Shown: positions 14,738 through 28,131 of the stretch, one piece after another | Layout of the letters: each line of letters starts with the position of its first letter | How positions within the stretch are numbered: the stretch's first letter is position 1 | Assembly: GCA_012295275.1 (NCBI GenBank) | Contig: CM022677.1 | Location: forward strand, 17,174,001-17,238,000 | Direction: 5' to 3' | DNA: 64,000 nt | Source of the DNA: Chrysomallon squamiferum | Lineage: Eukaryota > Animalia > Mollusca | Notes under the pieces: model-generated | The model's database searches: none | What the model was told of the DNA's origin: nothing | The model's input: the letters and a program-made list of their open reading frames with translations, nothing else | Position numbers and translations under genes: made by a program

Positions 14738-15556
14738 TTACTATTAATACTACATTTAATACCAATATTACTTCAACGTCTGTGTATAACTATTCATACA
14801 CAACTAACGTCATTACGTTATATTAACAACATCTTCGTGTATTAATTTATTTACTAAATTCGTTCGGCCGCTGACGAAGCACTATGCCAATTAGCTCCCA
14901 GACGACTACGTTGTCGACGTTGACGATGTCAGAGCGATCCTTTTAGCTGCTGTCTTTCTAACACGTTTTCAAACACAGCAGAGAAATTAACAGTTTGTAT
15001 GTGGATGTCGAGACACTCAGATAAAGCATGTAACAGACGTAAAACTCTTGTAAACTTTTCCCCTGTATAACTAAAACCTTTTTACCCCGCTGATTCTACA
15101 GCATTCTCTTGTCCAGCGTTTTTGTTGTTGTGGTCTCCAGGTCAGTTTCTATGGTGACTATGTACGTATTGTCACTAAGTATCCTTTCTTGTAGTATTGG
15201 AGAATTTGTTTTCCTTGGAAGTGATTTTTCGTAAATTATAGACACTTGATGGAGCTCAAGTCGATGAACGAAGCTTCATTGATTGGTGGTTTTTGTAGCA
15301 ATGAATCTACTGTGTCAGTTTACATGGTGGATAGGTTTCAATAAGTAACATTTCTTTTTCTTTTTTTTTTTTTTTAAGATGGAGAATTTCAGTAGCTAGT
15401 TGTGGTAAAGATAGATGCATGCACAGAGGTCGGTTAGCAAAAGAATATTATTTATTTATTTATTTATTTATTTACTTATTTATTTTTATTTTTTATTTAT
15501 TTATTTATTTATTTTTTTTTTTTTATTTTTTTTATTTTTTCATTATTTTTATTTTT

Positions 15557-15592
<36 letters not shown>

Positions 15593-15665
15593 TTTTTTTT
15601 TTTTTTTTTTTTTGACATTGTGTAGTCAACAACATCGTTATTTAATCAGTAACCATTCTTGTACC

Positions 15666-15853
15666 AGATTTCTGAAATTAAAATTTTCCCATGTACGAAA
15701 ATTACAAAATACAAAAAAAAATTCAAAATGAATTTTGCGTTTTTGCCTGTTTTGTTATAAATAATGTAACAATAGTAACAGAAAAGAAATATTAGTATTA
15801 ATAGTACCAGAAGTAGTAGAGTAAAAGTATCAGTTGTCGTAGTAGTAGTAAAA
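15666..15853 (+). repeat. Dispersed ~190-bp repeat, copy 1 (direct copy at 22868-23058)
   Basis: Shared blocks AGATTTCTGAAATT, ATGTACGAAAATTACAA, TTTTGTTATAAATAATGTAACAATAGTAACAGAA and GAAGTAGTAGAGTAA..GTATCAGTTGTC. Confidence 0.85.
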
Positions 15854-16717
15854 TATTTTTTTCCGCGGCTGCTTCTGACGAAGATGGACGCTGTACAGAA
15901 ATCACTCGATGACCGATTCCTCACTGATCTGGGATTACCGTCTACAAGACTACTTCTCTGGGTGGACAAGTGAAAGTCCCTGTGCTGCTGTGTTTTCTAA
16001 TAATAGATTCTAAGCACTGGTCAGACGATGAAGGAACGTTTGTTCTGAAATCGGCTTCAGTTCAGACATTTCTAAGAAGACTGGACAGTTTAGCGAGGAA
16101 TATTCTGTTACACAGAATATCATTCACGTCCTTTTGGCACCAGTTTGTCGAGCTTTATCTACGTTCCATTAGAGGATATATCACGTTTAGTTGTAAAAAT
16201 CTAGCAGTTTCTGAAAATGATAGGCAGTGCTGAGACTTAATCTTAGCGTCAGGTGTATTAATAAATTACATATTCACTGAGTTATCGACAGAACAGGTTT
16301 AGATACGTCAGTGAAACAAATATTGTTAAATTGTGTGATTTGCGTTAAAGAAATGGAGAACAAAGTCTACGATTTAAACAAGTATAAATTACTGTTATCG
16401 GTTATGTTAAACTTCTTCTCTTAACTGCAGGAATATTTTATAAATACATTTCTAATAAGTGGGTTTTATGATATCATAATAACAGTTAAAAACAATTGCA
16501 TATGCCTAGATAGTAATTATAATGACAGCAACATTCTATTTTTCTGTTAAAACCAAGAAATCGTTTATTGCCTTTTGCCTGAACAGCACAGCACATACCA
16601 TTACCTTTCGTAAACCAGTTGAGGACCACTGTTGGAATGAGAAATTACTCTATATCAGCAAATAAAAGTATTCATACTACAACTAATTACCATTCATCCG
16701 CAAATTGTATCTGACTG

Positions 16718-17043
16718 TTTCCTAAGGGAACAGTCACAATATGATAACGTTAGGTACCTTTCATAGAAGCTGGTCACGTTAAATGCATGTTCTTTTTTTC
16801 TTTTTTTTTTCATTTTTTTTTTTTTTTTTTTTTTTTTTTTGAAGAAGATGTTTGTTATATTAATTCCTTATTTCTTTAGGGTTCAGCCACCACAGAATAA
16901 TTTAACGTAACTTTCACAGAGATGGTCACGTTACGTTTATTTATTTCAAAAATATAGCTTTTGTTACACTGACTGCATATTTCTCAAGGGTACAGTCACT
17001 ACACTATAACTTTAGGCACCTTTCATAGATGATGGTCACGTTA
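16718..17043 (+). repeat. Three ~65-bp degenerate direct repeats separated by T-rich spacers
   Basis: TTTC..AGGG..CAG.CAC...CTTTCAYAGA..TGGTCACGTTA at about 16718, 16871 and 16981. Confidence 0.75.
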
Positions 17044-17413
17044 TATCTTTTTCTTTATTTTTAAAAAAATTTTTTTTTTTTTTTTTTTTTTTTTGTTCTA
17101 AAACGAAATTTTATTCTATTAATCTCTTACATGAGATGTATTCCAGTGTCAAATACTGACATGGCTCAGTTTAGATATTTAGGGATGTTTGACATTGCTT
17201 ATTGATTCCTCGGAATCTGGATTCATATATTTAAAGATGCAGAAAAAACAAATATATAAAAAATATATTTTTTATCCATCTTGTCTTCTTCCATCAAGTG
17301 AGTGGGAATTGGGTAATACAGATAGTTTGGGTGTGTGAGTGTGCCTGTGTGTGTGCTTGTCTGTGTATACATATACACACACATACACATACCCAACCAA
17401 CCACACACACACA

Positions 17414-17452
<39 letters not shown>

Positions 17453-17915
17453 CACACACACTCACACACACACATACATACATACATGTATACATATACA
17501 CAAACACACATACATACATACATACATATATACACAAATAAATACAAACACACACACAGTCACATACACACATCACAAACATGTATGTATATATCACATT
17601 AAATCCCCTTTCTTTTTTTTTCAATCTTTTTTTTTTCTTCTTTTTCAATATGTCACTGTAAACGATGCACTAAAATCTTATAATTACACTGCACACTTGG
17701 GTTTCTGGTCTCAGCAACACGAAAAAGCACAAAACTCAACATTGCCCGAAATAGCAGTTAATCCTTTTTCTAATACTGATAGCAGTTTTATCTGTCAAAG
17801 AGTTCATGTATCATTCAGAGGGACCCATTTCAAATAGCTTTTCCGTGTCGCAGTTTCTTCTTTCACGTTCATTTTATTGACTCCAAATATTTTCCTTTTC
17901 AAAGGCTAAAATAAA

Positions 17916-18015
17916 AATAAAACTTTATGGCCATTTAACGATTTGACCAACTGAACGCTTTTCGAAATCTGAATGGAAATCTAATCGTGTTTCTTTAAGT
18001 TCGTTTTCAGTGCTA
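17916..18015 (-). repeat. 100-bp interspersed repeat, inverted copy 1
   Basis: The reverse complement aligns to 21793-21891 with 5 substitutions and 1 indel. Confidence 0.92.
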
Positions 18016-18042
18016 ATGTGAAGTATATTAAATGAGGTGGGG

Positions 18043-18131
<89 letters not shown>

Positions 18132-18714
18132 AACAGAGAGAGAGAAACAGACAGAGAGACAGAGACAGACAGACAAACAACAAAAAAAATATAGCTAGAG
18201 AAATTATATAAGGAAACAACATACATACAGACAGACAGACAGACAGATACAGACAAAAAGTGACTGAGAGACAAACAGCGACATACCGACAAAGAGACAG
18301 ACAGACGTAGACAGAATCACTTAGCGAATCACACACACCGGAAATGTGAGGAGTTAGTCTCGATCATTCGGGTCACGTAGTTTTCCCCCCTTTTTCTTTC
18401 TCATCATCGGACTAATCGAGGTTTTGACCGCGATCACGTGAGGAGGAAATTCGGAGAGAAAACAACAGAAAAAAAGCTAACAAGTAATGACAGCAAGGAT
18501 CTCTGGATAAACAGCGAGAAGGTTAAAGGGATTGAAACCCAGCCAGTCTGTGAAACTGCACAGAAAATGGAGGAGACTGCAGATGAAGCGAGATTGTACG
18601 CGTCCAGTTTCTGTCAGAGATTTTAACTGTAAAAACACCAGAATAGGAAATAAAAGAGAAAATGAGACAAGCGCGCAAGGTGGATATGGATAAATTCAGA
18701 GAGACAAACAAAAC

Positions 18715-18840
18715 AAACAAAACAAGTGAACGTAGATAGACATAGAGACTGAATAGAAAGAAACAAAGAGAGACAGATGTATTTTACATATATATATACA
18801 TATACATATACATACATACATTCATACATACATACATACA

Positions 18841-18876
<36 letters not shown>

Positions 18877-19019
18877 TACATATATATATATATCTATATA
18901 TGTAAATAGAAAGAGGTAAATAGAGATATTAGATAGACAGAAATATTGATAACAAGCAAACAAAAAACATGAACGTAGATATACATATAGACTGAATAGA
19001 AATAAACAAAGAGAGACAG

Positions 19020-19025
<6 letters not shown>
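18715..19025 (+). repeat. ~70-bp direct duplication (period ~243) flanking a (CATA)/(TA) microsatellite
   Basis: GAACGTAGATAnACATAnAGACTGAATAGAAAnAAACAAAGAGAGACAGAT at 18728 and 18971. Confidence 0.85.
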
Positions 19026-19064
<39 letters not shown>

Positions 19065-20337
19065 TAACTAAACAGTGATAGATACAGATAGACAGATAGA
19101 TATGTTGATAGAAGGCAGACAGACATAGAAACATACAGACAGACAGAGTCAGAGAGACAAATAAATATACCTCAACAAAAAACAAAAAATGTTTTCAAAA
19201 CGATTACTTTATATGCCAAATTAATATCCTTCCCTTTTACCATTCTTTGAGCCTTCCTAATTCAGACAACACGTTTTTATTATTTATTAATACTCTCTAC
19301 ATCCACCTATATTAGAAGCAACATACGCCGAACAATAACCTGGAATATTAAAATTAATTAGACAAATAACGCCACGTTAACTAAACACGGTAGCAAAACA
19401 GACGGTATTCTTTGACGCATTAGTATCGTGACGGTACTCCGCCGGTCCGCCACGTGACAACAATTGATTTACGTCATCTACACACGAGTTCGACATCAAA
19501 GCAAACACTCGTTTAGTTTTAATTCTCTGTTCGATGCTTTCTCTCACACTTACCTGACACGAAATACGTGTCTGATGTAAATATACAACTAATCACAAGT
19601 TATTGCTTTCTTTTTAACCACTAGTACACGTTTTAACGACAGAAAATAAGCTTTAGTAATTTCACAACATCATAGGAATATAGTTTGACCGACATTACTT
19701 AACGAGGTTTTCATTAAATGTCAAAAAAAAAAGTGTGGATTTGACTTGTAAGCAATACTCTTTCTCGTTATTTAATTCAAACTTCATTATGCTATATCGG
19801 TCATTTAATATCTTTTAACACAAAAGTTATTAGTTTAATATTTTTCAAGGCGATCTCTTTGTGAAGATTATTAGAAAGGTTTAAGAATCTTTAATTAAGC
19901 GTGAAAGTTTTTTTCTCTTATCTTCTCGGCTAATCCATGTGTCCATCAGTCCGTCTGTTATTATATCTGTCTGTCTGTGCATGCATGCGTATATACAAAC
20001 ATACATACACACATAGGTACATATATACAGATACATTCACATACATACATACATACATATATTCATAATACATAAATGTGTACATAGATAGATAGACAGA
20101 TAGATTAGATAGATAGGATAGACAGACAGACAGACAGGCAGACAGGTAGATAGATAGGTAGGTTGATAGGTAGGTAGGTAGGTAGACAGATATATAGATA
20201 GATAGATAATGGTAGAGGTATAATGGTAGAGCAGAAGGAATATAATATTTGTGGATGGAACTCAAAATATCTACATACACACTGATACATACACATATTT
20301 ATATAAACAAATACACGCTCAAACACAAACTCATACT

Positions 20338-20371
<34 letters not shown>

Positions 20372-21179
20372 TACACAGACTCATATATACAGAAACAAAT
20401 TAACGCGCAAAGATATACAAAAACTCACACAAACTGACATGTATAAATTATACATACATACATACATACATATATAAAAGAACATGACACACACACACAA
20501 ACCCGCTGTTAAAATTGTCGAACTCCTAGAAAATGGTTAACAATGAAATTACCATATATAATAAACTGTATACTGTTAGTAGTATACATTGTTCATTAAC
20601 TATGTAAATGTTTTGTTTTTGTGTATATTTTTTTTTATTACCTACTCACATCCAAACTGTGCACAGACTAACAGGATACTGGAGACAATGCAATTTTCTA
20701 AATGGCAAAATAAAGAGTAATAAGGAATGATCGTAGAACGTGTTAGCTGTTACAGATTAAGAGCATTAAGTGATAAAAAATTTTAACGATTAACAACCGA
20801 ATTCTGACAAGGACAGTAAATAATTAAACACGATGCATAAATCTACATAGAGTCGCAGTCAAAATCAGACAATGCTGCTTTTGAATATTTAACCATTATT
20901 GGCATATACAGGAGGGATAGGAGAGGGGGGAATTATGGCAATGCAACAAGGAATTAGTAGTAATTGTGTTTTAATCTGTTGAATTTTGACAAATCTGTGC
21001 CTCTTTACACTGATAACCAAAGGGTTTCCCCAAAGGCTTTGTAGTTATTGATTGTCACAATACGAACTGGTTACAGTGTGTGTAAAAGGTCCCTGAGTAA
21101 TCACTTCTCTTTGCTTCAGTAGTCTTTTGTTGCTGAAGCTTTTCTGTTGTCTCGTGAATCTGTACTAATTCTAGGAGTT

Positions 21180-21958
21180 ACTAGTAGTAGTAGTAGTAGT
21201 AGTAGTAGTAGCATGCTCGTAGTGGTAATAGTAGTAGTAGTAGTATTAGCAGCAGTTGTAGTAATTGCTGTTGTTGATATTATTGTTGTTGTTGTTATTG
21301 TTGATGTTGTTGTTGTTGTTGCTGATGATGATGCTGCTGTTGTTGTAATATTATGGTTTGTAATGCCTGTTAACTATATAGAGAAAGTAATATGTGTTGT
21401 GTTGTAATAGTAATAGTAATAGTAGTAGTTGTAGTAGTAGTAGTAGTAATAATAGTAGTAGTAGTAGTAGTAGCAGTTATAGCAATAGTAGTATAATTTA
21501 GTTGCTGTAGCACTATGGAAACGCAGTATTAGTAATGGTAATACTGAAAAGAAGACGAATGATAGTACAAGTATAAAAGAATGAAGTAGTAGTAGAAACA
21601 GAAAAAGTAATGGCGGTAGAATAGCAGTAGTATTGGTATCAGCGGTAGTAGTTGTTATTGTAATAATAGTTGAAGCTTCAGTAACAGTAATATTAGTAAT
21701 TGTGGTAGTAGTAGTAGTAGTAATAGTAATATCAGAAGTAGCAGTAGTAGAAGCAGTTGTAATACTACTAATAGCAGTATCAGTAATGATAGTAGCACTG
21801 AAAACGAAGTTAAAGAAACACGATTAGATTTCCATTCAGATTTGGAAAGCGTTCAGTTAGTCATATCGTTATATGGCCATAAAGTTTTATTGTATGATAT
21901 TGTAATGATAGTAATAGTGGTAGTAAGAGTAACAGTAGTAGTAGTAGTGGTAGTAGTG

Positions 21959-22019
<61 letters not shown>

Positions 22020-22035
22020 AAGTAGTAGCAGCAGC
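21180..22035 (+). repeat. Degenerate (TAG)n/(TTG)n/(TAA)n trinucleotide field, representative of similar fields at ~23000-23220, 23950-24130, 37240-37630, 43250-43850, 48090-48360, 53160-53680, 60540-60830, 61180-61660 and 62070-62330
   Basis: Direct inspection; produces the poly-V/poly-S/poly-L pseudo-ORFs. Confidence 0.93.
21793..21891 (+). repeat. 100-bp interspersed repeat, copy 2
   Basis: TAGCACTGAAAACGAA...TGGCCATAAAGTTTTATT; inverted partner at 17916-18015. Confidence 0.92.
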
Positions 22036-22867
22036 AAACGCAGCTCTAGAAATATGCTATAATCAGTTTTTTCAGTTAACAAGCGATATCATAAGTCATA
22101 TTTCCAAACGTCCCAAACCTTTCATTCTTTTGTTACCGCACGAGCCAATTCTACAGCGAACTATCAGCGTCACCTCCATTCAGGCCACAGACTGGTTCCC
22201 TAACGAGATTCCACCTCGCAGAGTAACCGTCACCCTTTTCATTAATTAAAAGCCGCGCACCAGTCTGTTTAGCACCGACGTTCCCTATTGTGCTACGCTG
22301 CCCAATGACCAGCGCGTGCCAGCGCGTGCCAGCGCGTGCCCCGCTCACTGCCTCGATTTCCTTTTATTGCAGCTTTGATTAAAGAGACGGGACTAAGGGG
22401 AGGTCTGAGATCAGCGTGTAAACAGATATTAATTCGATGCGCTTCTTCGCTCAAATCAAAGTAATGGAAGTGAACCAGTTAAAGGATATGCAATCGTGAT
22501 TAAAGAGAAAAGGTCAAAATATTTCGCATGCACAAACGTATTGATTATGTGCGCGCGCATATACACAGAGATAGAGGCTGCAATATGGAGTCTGCGTTGC
22601 TTTTTTATTTATTTATTCTTGTTGTCGTATAAATATCTTAGCAAAGAGTTTTGCATGTACAAGATTACTGATATTTAGAAGTTTGTTTCAAATATGAAGT
22701 CTCTCGTTGTTTCTGGAAGGGTTTTTATTATTATTCTGTTTGTCGTATGAATAGTCTAAACACGACATTTTTGTATGTACTCTACGATTGACGTATATAA
22801 ATTAGTTTAAATATGGAATCTTTATTATTTTTTTATTGCTTTTTGTCGTTATATATATTTTGACAAG

Positions 22868-23058
22868 AGATTTCTGAAATTATAATATTCATATGTACGA
22901 AAATTACAACAATACAAACAATTTTCAAATATAAAATTTGCGTTTTTTGCTTATTTTGTTATAAATAATGTAACAATAGTAACAGAAGAAACATTAGTAT
23001 TAACAGTAGTTGAAGTAGTAGAGTAATAGTATCAGTTGTCATAGTAGTAGTAGTAAAA
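22868..23058 (+). repeat. Dispersed ~190-bp repeat, copy 2
   Basis: See 15666-15853. Confidence 0.85.
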
Positions 23059-24072
23059 GTTGTAGCAGTAACAGCAGCAACAGCAGTAGTAGCAGTAGTA
23101 GCACTGAAGTTGTATTAATAGGAGTACAGTGGTAGTATAGTATCAACAGTAATAGTAGGAGTACAGTAATAGTAGTACTGGTAATAATAGTAGTAGTATT
23201 GATACTGGTAGTTGTATAGTAGTAGTTATTCATATTTTTATAATAATAATAATTAAAAAAGATTACAGTAGAAGAAAACAAACTGAATGCTTTAAAACAA
23301 AAATAAGGTTAATGAGATGTTGATATATTCATTAAAGAACACAAACAATCATTCATTTATAAGAATTATTCATTTGAAAGATAAAACGTATCACATAGAA
23401 AACAACAATTCCTTCAACTATTGTTGTCTGGGTTGACTTGTTGGGTTGAGTGCATTGTCGTCTGCCTACTGAATAGTGGCAAATGGCTTCAATAATAAAT
23501 ACATACATACAATACACACACACACGTAGATATTCATTTATTCAGTTTTCGTAAAATGTGTATTGTTTCGACATCATAAATATTCACTTTATTTAAAATA
23601 TTTCTTCAGCAATGCCATTTAATTGTTCATTACGAATGCAATTTAATAACTGTATTAAAAGGTACCATGTTTTCGTTGTTCATTACGAATGCATTTAATT
23701 AATTGCATTAACAGACACCATATCCAACGTTGTCACGATATAACTGCATATTCATTCATGTAAATGAAGAGTTTTCTATTACGTTCGCGTGACGTAAGGT
23801 CACGAGGTCAGTTCAGGTCAGGTCGGGTCAGATGCTGTATTGAGATGGGTTGCAAATTAGATTAAAAAAATCAATTTAAATGTTTAATTATTTATTTATT
23901 CATTCATTCACTCATTTTGTATTGTTATTGATAGTATCATTAAAGTAGAATTGGTATAGTAGTTGTTTAGTAGTAGCAATAGTAATAGTAGTTGTAGCAG
24001 TAGTAACAGAAGAAGTAATACTTGTATTAGTAGTAGTAGGGGTGTTAATATTGGTAGTAGTAGTAGAAGTAA

Positions 24073-24103
<31 letters not shown>

Positions 24104-24185
24104 TGTAGTTGTAGTTGTAGTAGTAGGGGTATTATTAGTAATAATGACAAAAACAAATGTAACAACAGCATGATGTAGATGTACA

Positions 24186-24221
<36 letters not shown>

Positions 24222-24241
24222 GTTAATACTATTATTATTAA

Positions 24242-24280
<39 letters not shown>

Positions 24281-24642
24281 CATCATCATCATCATCATCA
24301 TCATTATTATTGTTATTAATTTTTAATTATCAACTATTATTTCTTTTTCGTTTATTATTTGTATTTTTCCTTTTCTAAATATTTTTCCTAAATCAACCCA
24401 TTGTAATTTTTTGTTTTTCTTGTTTGTCGTTTCAGGAAGGTTATAAAGCACACTGTACATACCAGCTGAAGCATTCACAAACCTGACAATTAAAGTAAGT
24501 TAGTTTAACTCAAACACAGCCTGAAAAAAAAACAGATAAAAAGTTCCTTTGTTAGTATTGAGTTTCCACTGATGTCAACAATGATGCTGTGGTTCTACGT
24601 TATTTCACAAACGATTGTATGAAGACAAATATTTGTTTAGAA

Positions 24643-24734
<92 letters not shown>

Positions 24735-26113
24735 TTTCTCTGTAATGGATCTTTAAAATTTAATTACTTTTGTCTTCACAATTATTCCTTTTAATTTATT
24801 TATTTATTTAATTTTTATTTTTTTTTTTTTTTTTTTTTTGCACTATAACTAATGATTAAATTCTTTCCCGACATTTGAAATGACTTTTTTTTTAATTTAT
24901 TTTTTTTTATTTTTTTTTTTTTTCCCGTCTACCTCCACTATTCGTAATAGCATACTTTACAAAAAAATAATTAACTATTTCGATTTAATGTTTGTTATTT
25001 ATTTTAATACAGTTATTTTGTTCTCTTTCTCTTCTTTCTTTTTAATCCTTATTTATCATTAATGCTCTTTTTTCTTTCATTATAATTTATTATTCTCTCT
25101 TCTTCTTATTTTTTTTTAAATTATAAACTTCCTATAATAAAAGCTTTTTTTTTTTTTTTTTTTTTGATTCAATTATCGCGAAAAATGTTTTTGTTGACAT
25201 TCAAAACGAGCGATGCCTGAAGGGAGTACAGTTTACTGGGGCAATGCGTGCGAACAAAGTATTAAATTAAGCATAGTCTCGATAAAATACATACATCAAA
25301 CTATGCATCAGAAGAAAAAAAAAAAAGAAAAAATATTTGCTTGACAATACCGTCATCACTTTTTATACCCATGTTTTCATGACGTCACTGTTACGTAGAA
25401 TGCATTTAGTAATGGTCTGTTTTATACGCAGATAAATACACACATACGTATATGCAAGTATAAAAAATACAAACAACGATTGTTGCAAATCAAACAAACA
25501 AACAAACAAACAAATAAATAAATAAATAAATTCAAATCACTGAGCAAATAATAAAAGTGATTTAACAGTTATGATACAATTATAATAAACCATAACGAAA
25601 AAAAATACACATATTTATACCCTGTCTCTGTTTTATAATGATTACTTAAAATGCAGACATTTTCTGCAGAATATAAACTGAAAATAACCCAACAGCTTTT
25701 CTGTTCGCTTCATTTCGATTTTTGATGAAACGAATTTGTGCCGCTTATCACAGTAAATCAACGAATTAAAATTTACAACATTAAAGATCAATTGGTTGTA
25801 ATATTGCCAAATTATTGCCCTTATTTTATTTAATAATTTATTGCCGTGAAATCGCAAAAAAAACCAACAACTCGTAAATGCGATGACTGGCGAAGTTTGA
25901 AAATCGCTGATAATAAATGAGAAGCTTAAGACGTTGCTTGACGTTTAGCAACAAATGAAATGAAATGATATTACTGCTAATCCGCTGGCATTTTTGTCCG
26001 TAGTATAAAAAAAATTGATTCGTGTGCCTGTGTGTGTCCGTGTGTGTGTGTGTGTCTGTGTGTGTGTCTTAGTAATAAGTTGAAGCTTTGCGATCGATTT
26101 TATATATATGTGA

Positions 26114-26189
<76 letters not shown>

Positions 26190-26332
26190 TTACTTTCCTA
26201 TCTATGAGTAGGTTCACATTATTCTGCTAGTCGTAGACAAGTAGCCTAGATTGGGAAAAAAGCCATGGAAGTGATTTATCTACGGCAAAGAGTAAAATTA
26301 AGTGCAAATTTTATTTATTTTATTTATTTATT

Positions 26333-26391
<59 letters not shown>

Positions 26392-26923
26392 CATCATTAT
26401 TATTATTATTTAACTTTCCTTGGTTATATTTACAACTGACAGAAATGTGTGGGATTTTTCTTATTTTTTATTTCCTAATTCAATGTGTTGGCGTTTTTTT
26501 TTTTTTTTTTTTCTCCTGCCTCTCAACAATACTGCTTAATTTTTCGTTTCGCCAGTAACAACAATGTCTCTAATTATCTCAACAAAGGCCCCGTGTAAAT
26601 AACAAAAAAAAAGACGTCTGTCTTTGCGTACGTTTGTTCAGGGTGATTTGCTTGCACATTACCAGCTAATGGTTCATTCACACGGGACTATTTACATTAA
26701 TAAATCTTGATCGTACATTATGCGTACAGAATAGAAGAACCTACATCAAATTCTCGTTTTATAACAATGAACATGCATTTAGATTAATTCGTACGTGTCG
26801 GAAAAAAATGTTATTAAAAAAAAAAAGATTTTCTATGCAAATAAATGAAGTAGACCAAAGTGGCGATTGGTTTTAAGAATTGTAAATGTTTTCTGCAAAC
26901 AAAAAAAAATAAAAATAAAAAAA

Positions 26924-26954
<31 letters not shown>

Positions 26955-27207
26955 ATTGCTGCCTAGATAAAATTAACTACTTTCCCCCAGACAATCAGCA
27001 ATGCATCTTTCATACACAAAGGTTTCTAGCACAAAAAGCCTTTTATCAAATACATACAGCTGGTAATACATATATTTCTGACAATGCATAAATCAATTCA
27101 TTTTAATCTCTAACACAACATACCCTGAGTTTTCCTGTATATATCACTTAAGTTTTGCTTTTTTTCTTCTTCTTCTTCTTATTGATTATTATGTTTCTTT
27201 ATTTATA

Positions 27208-27238
<31 letters not shown>

Positions 27239-27598
27239 GGTTTAATAGGATTGACACGTTTGTGTTGGTCGTACAAACACTGAAGACAAAGATTTCAGTA
27301 ATTCCAGAGAGAAATTGTGACAAGAAGATATTCGTAATTAATCATGGATTTTTTTTTTTTTTTTCTGTCAGCGGCGGAAAGGTAATATTGAACATCAGGA
27401 ACGAAAGGAGAATACTGGATGAATTTGAGCCTAAACACACGCACGCATACATGCACACACACATACTCACGTATATACAACAACATACAGACGTACATAC
27501 AAGACACACAAACACACAAACACACAAACAAACACAAAGACATATACGTCCGTAGTCACAAGTAATTAAAGTAATTTATGTTCTGTTATTTATTCTTC

Positions 27599-27696
<98 letters not shown>

Positions 27697-27952
27697 GTTT
27701 CCGACTCTCAATAATAGATCAAGTCATTTGAGATAAGGCCTGCCGGATTAGGTCACATGAGGTCAAGTAGGTCAAGTGAGATAAAATCGTGACGTTTAGC
27801 TGAATGGTCATTTTCTACTCAAGAACGGCAGGGCTCCTAAATTTAATTTAATTAGCTTCCATTTATAGAGGTTTCGACAGGCAAGCAAGATGTCTTCGAA
27901 ATCGATGAGAAAAAAGAAAAAGAAATACTAGGCTCATTAGAGAAGTGAACAG

Positions 27953-28131
<179 letters not shown>

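Noticed and set aside
15871-16060. Hammerhead-ribozyme-like fragments (CTGACGA...GAAA at ~15875-15901; GATGA-AGGAAC-GTTT-GTTCT-GAAA at ~16027-16050)
   Set aside because: The first lacks stem II and has G at the cleavage position; the second lacks an intact CUGANGA core and stem III. An Infernal search with hammerhead models would settle it.
18438-18626. 62-aa ORF between the inverted repeats as a possible transposase remnant
   Set aside because: No DDE, helix-turn-helix or other recognisable motif.
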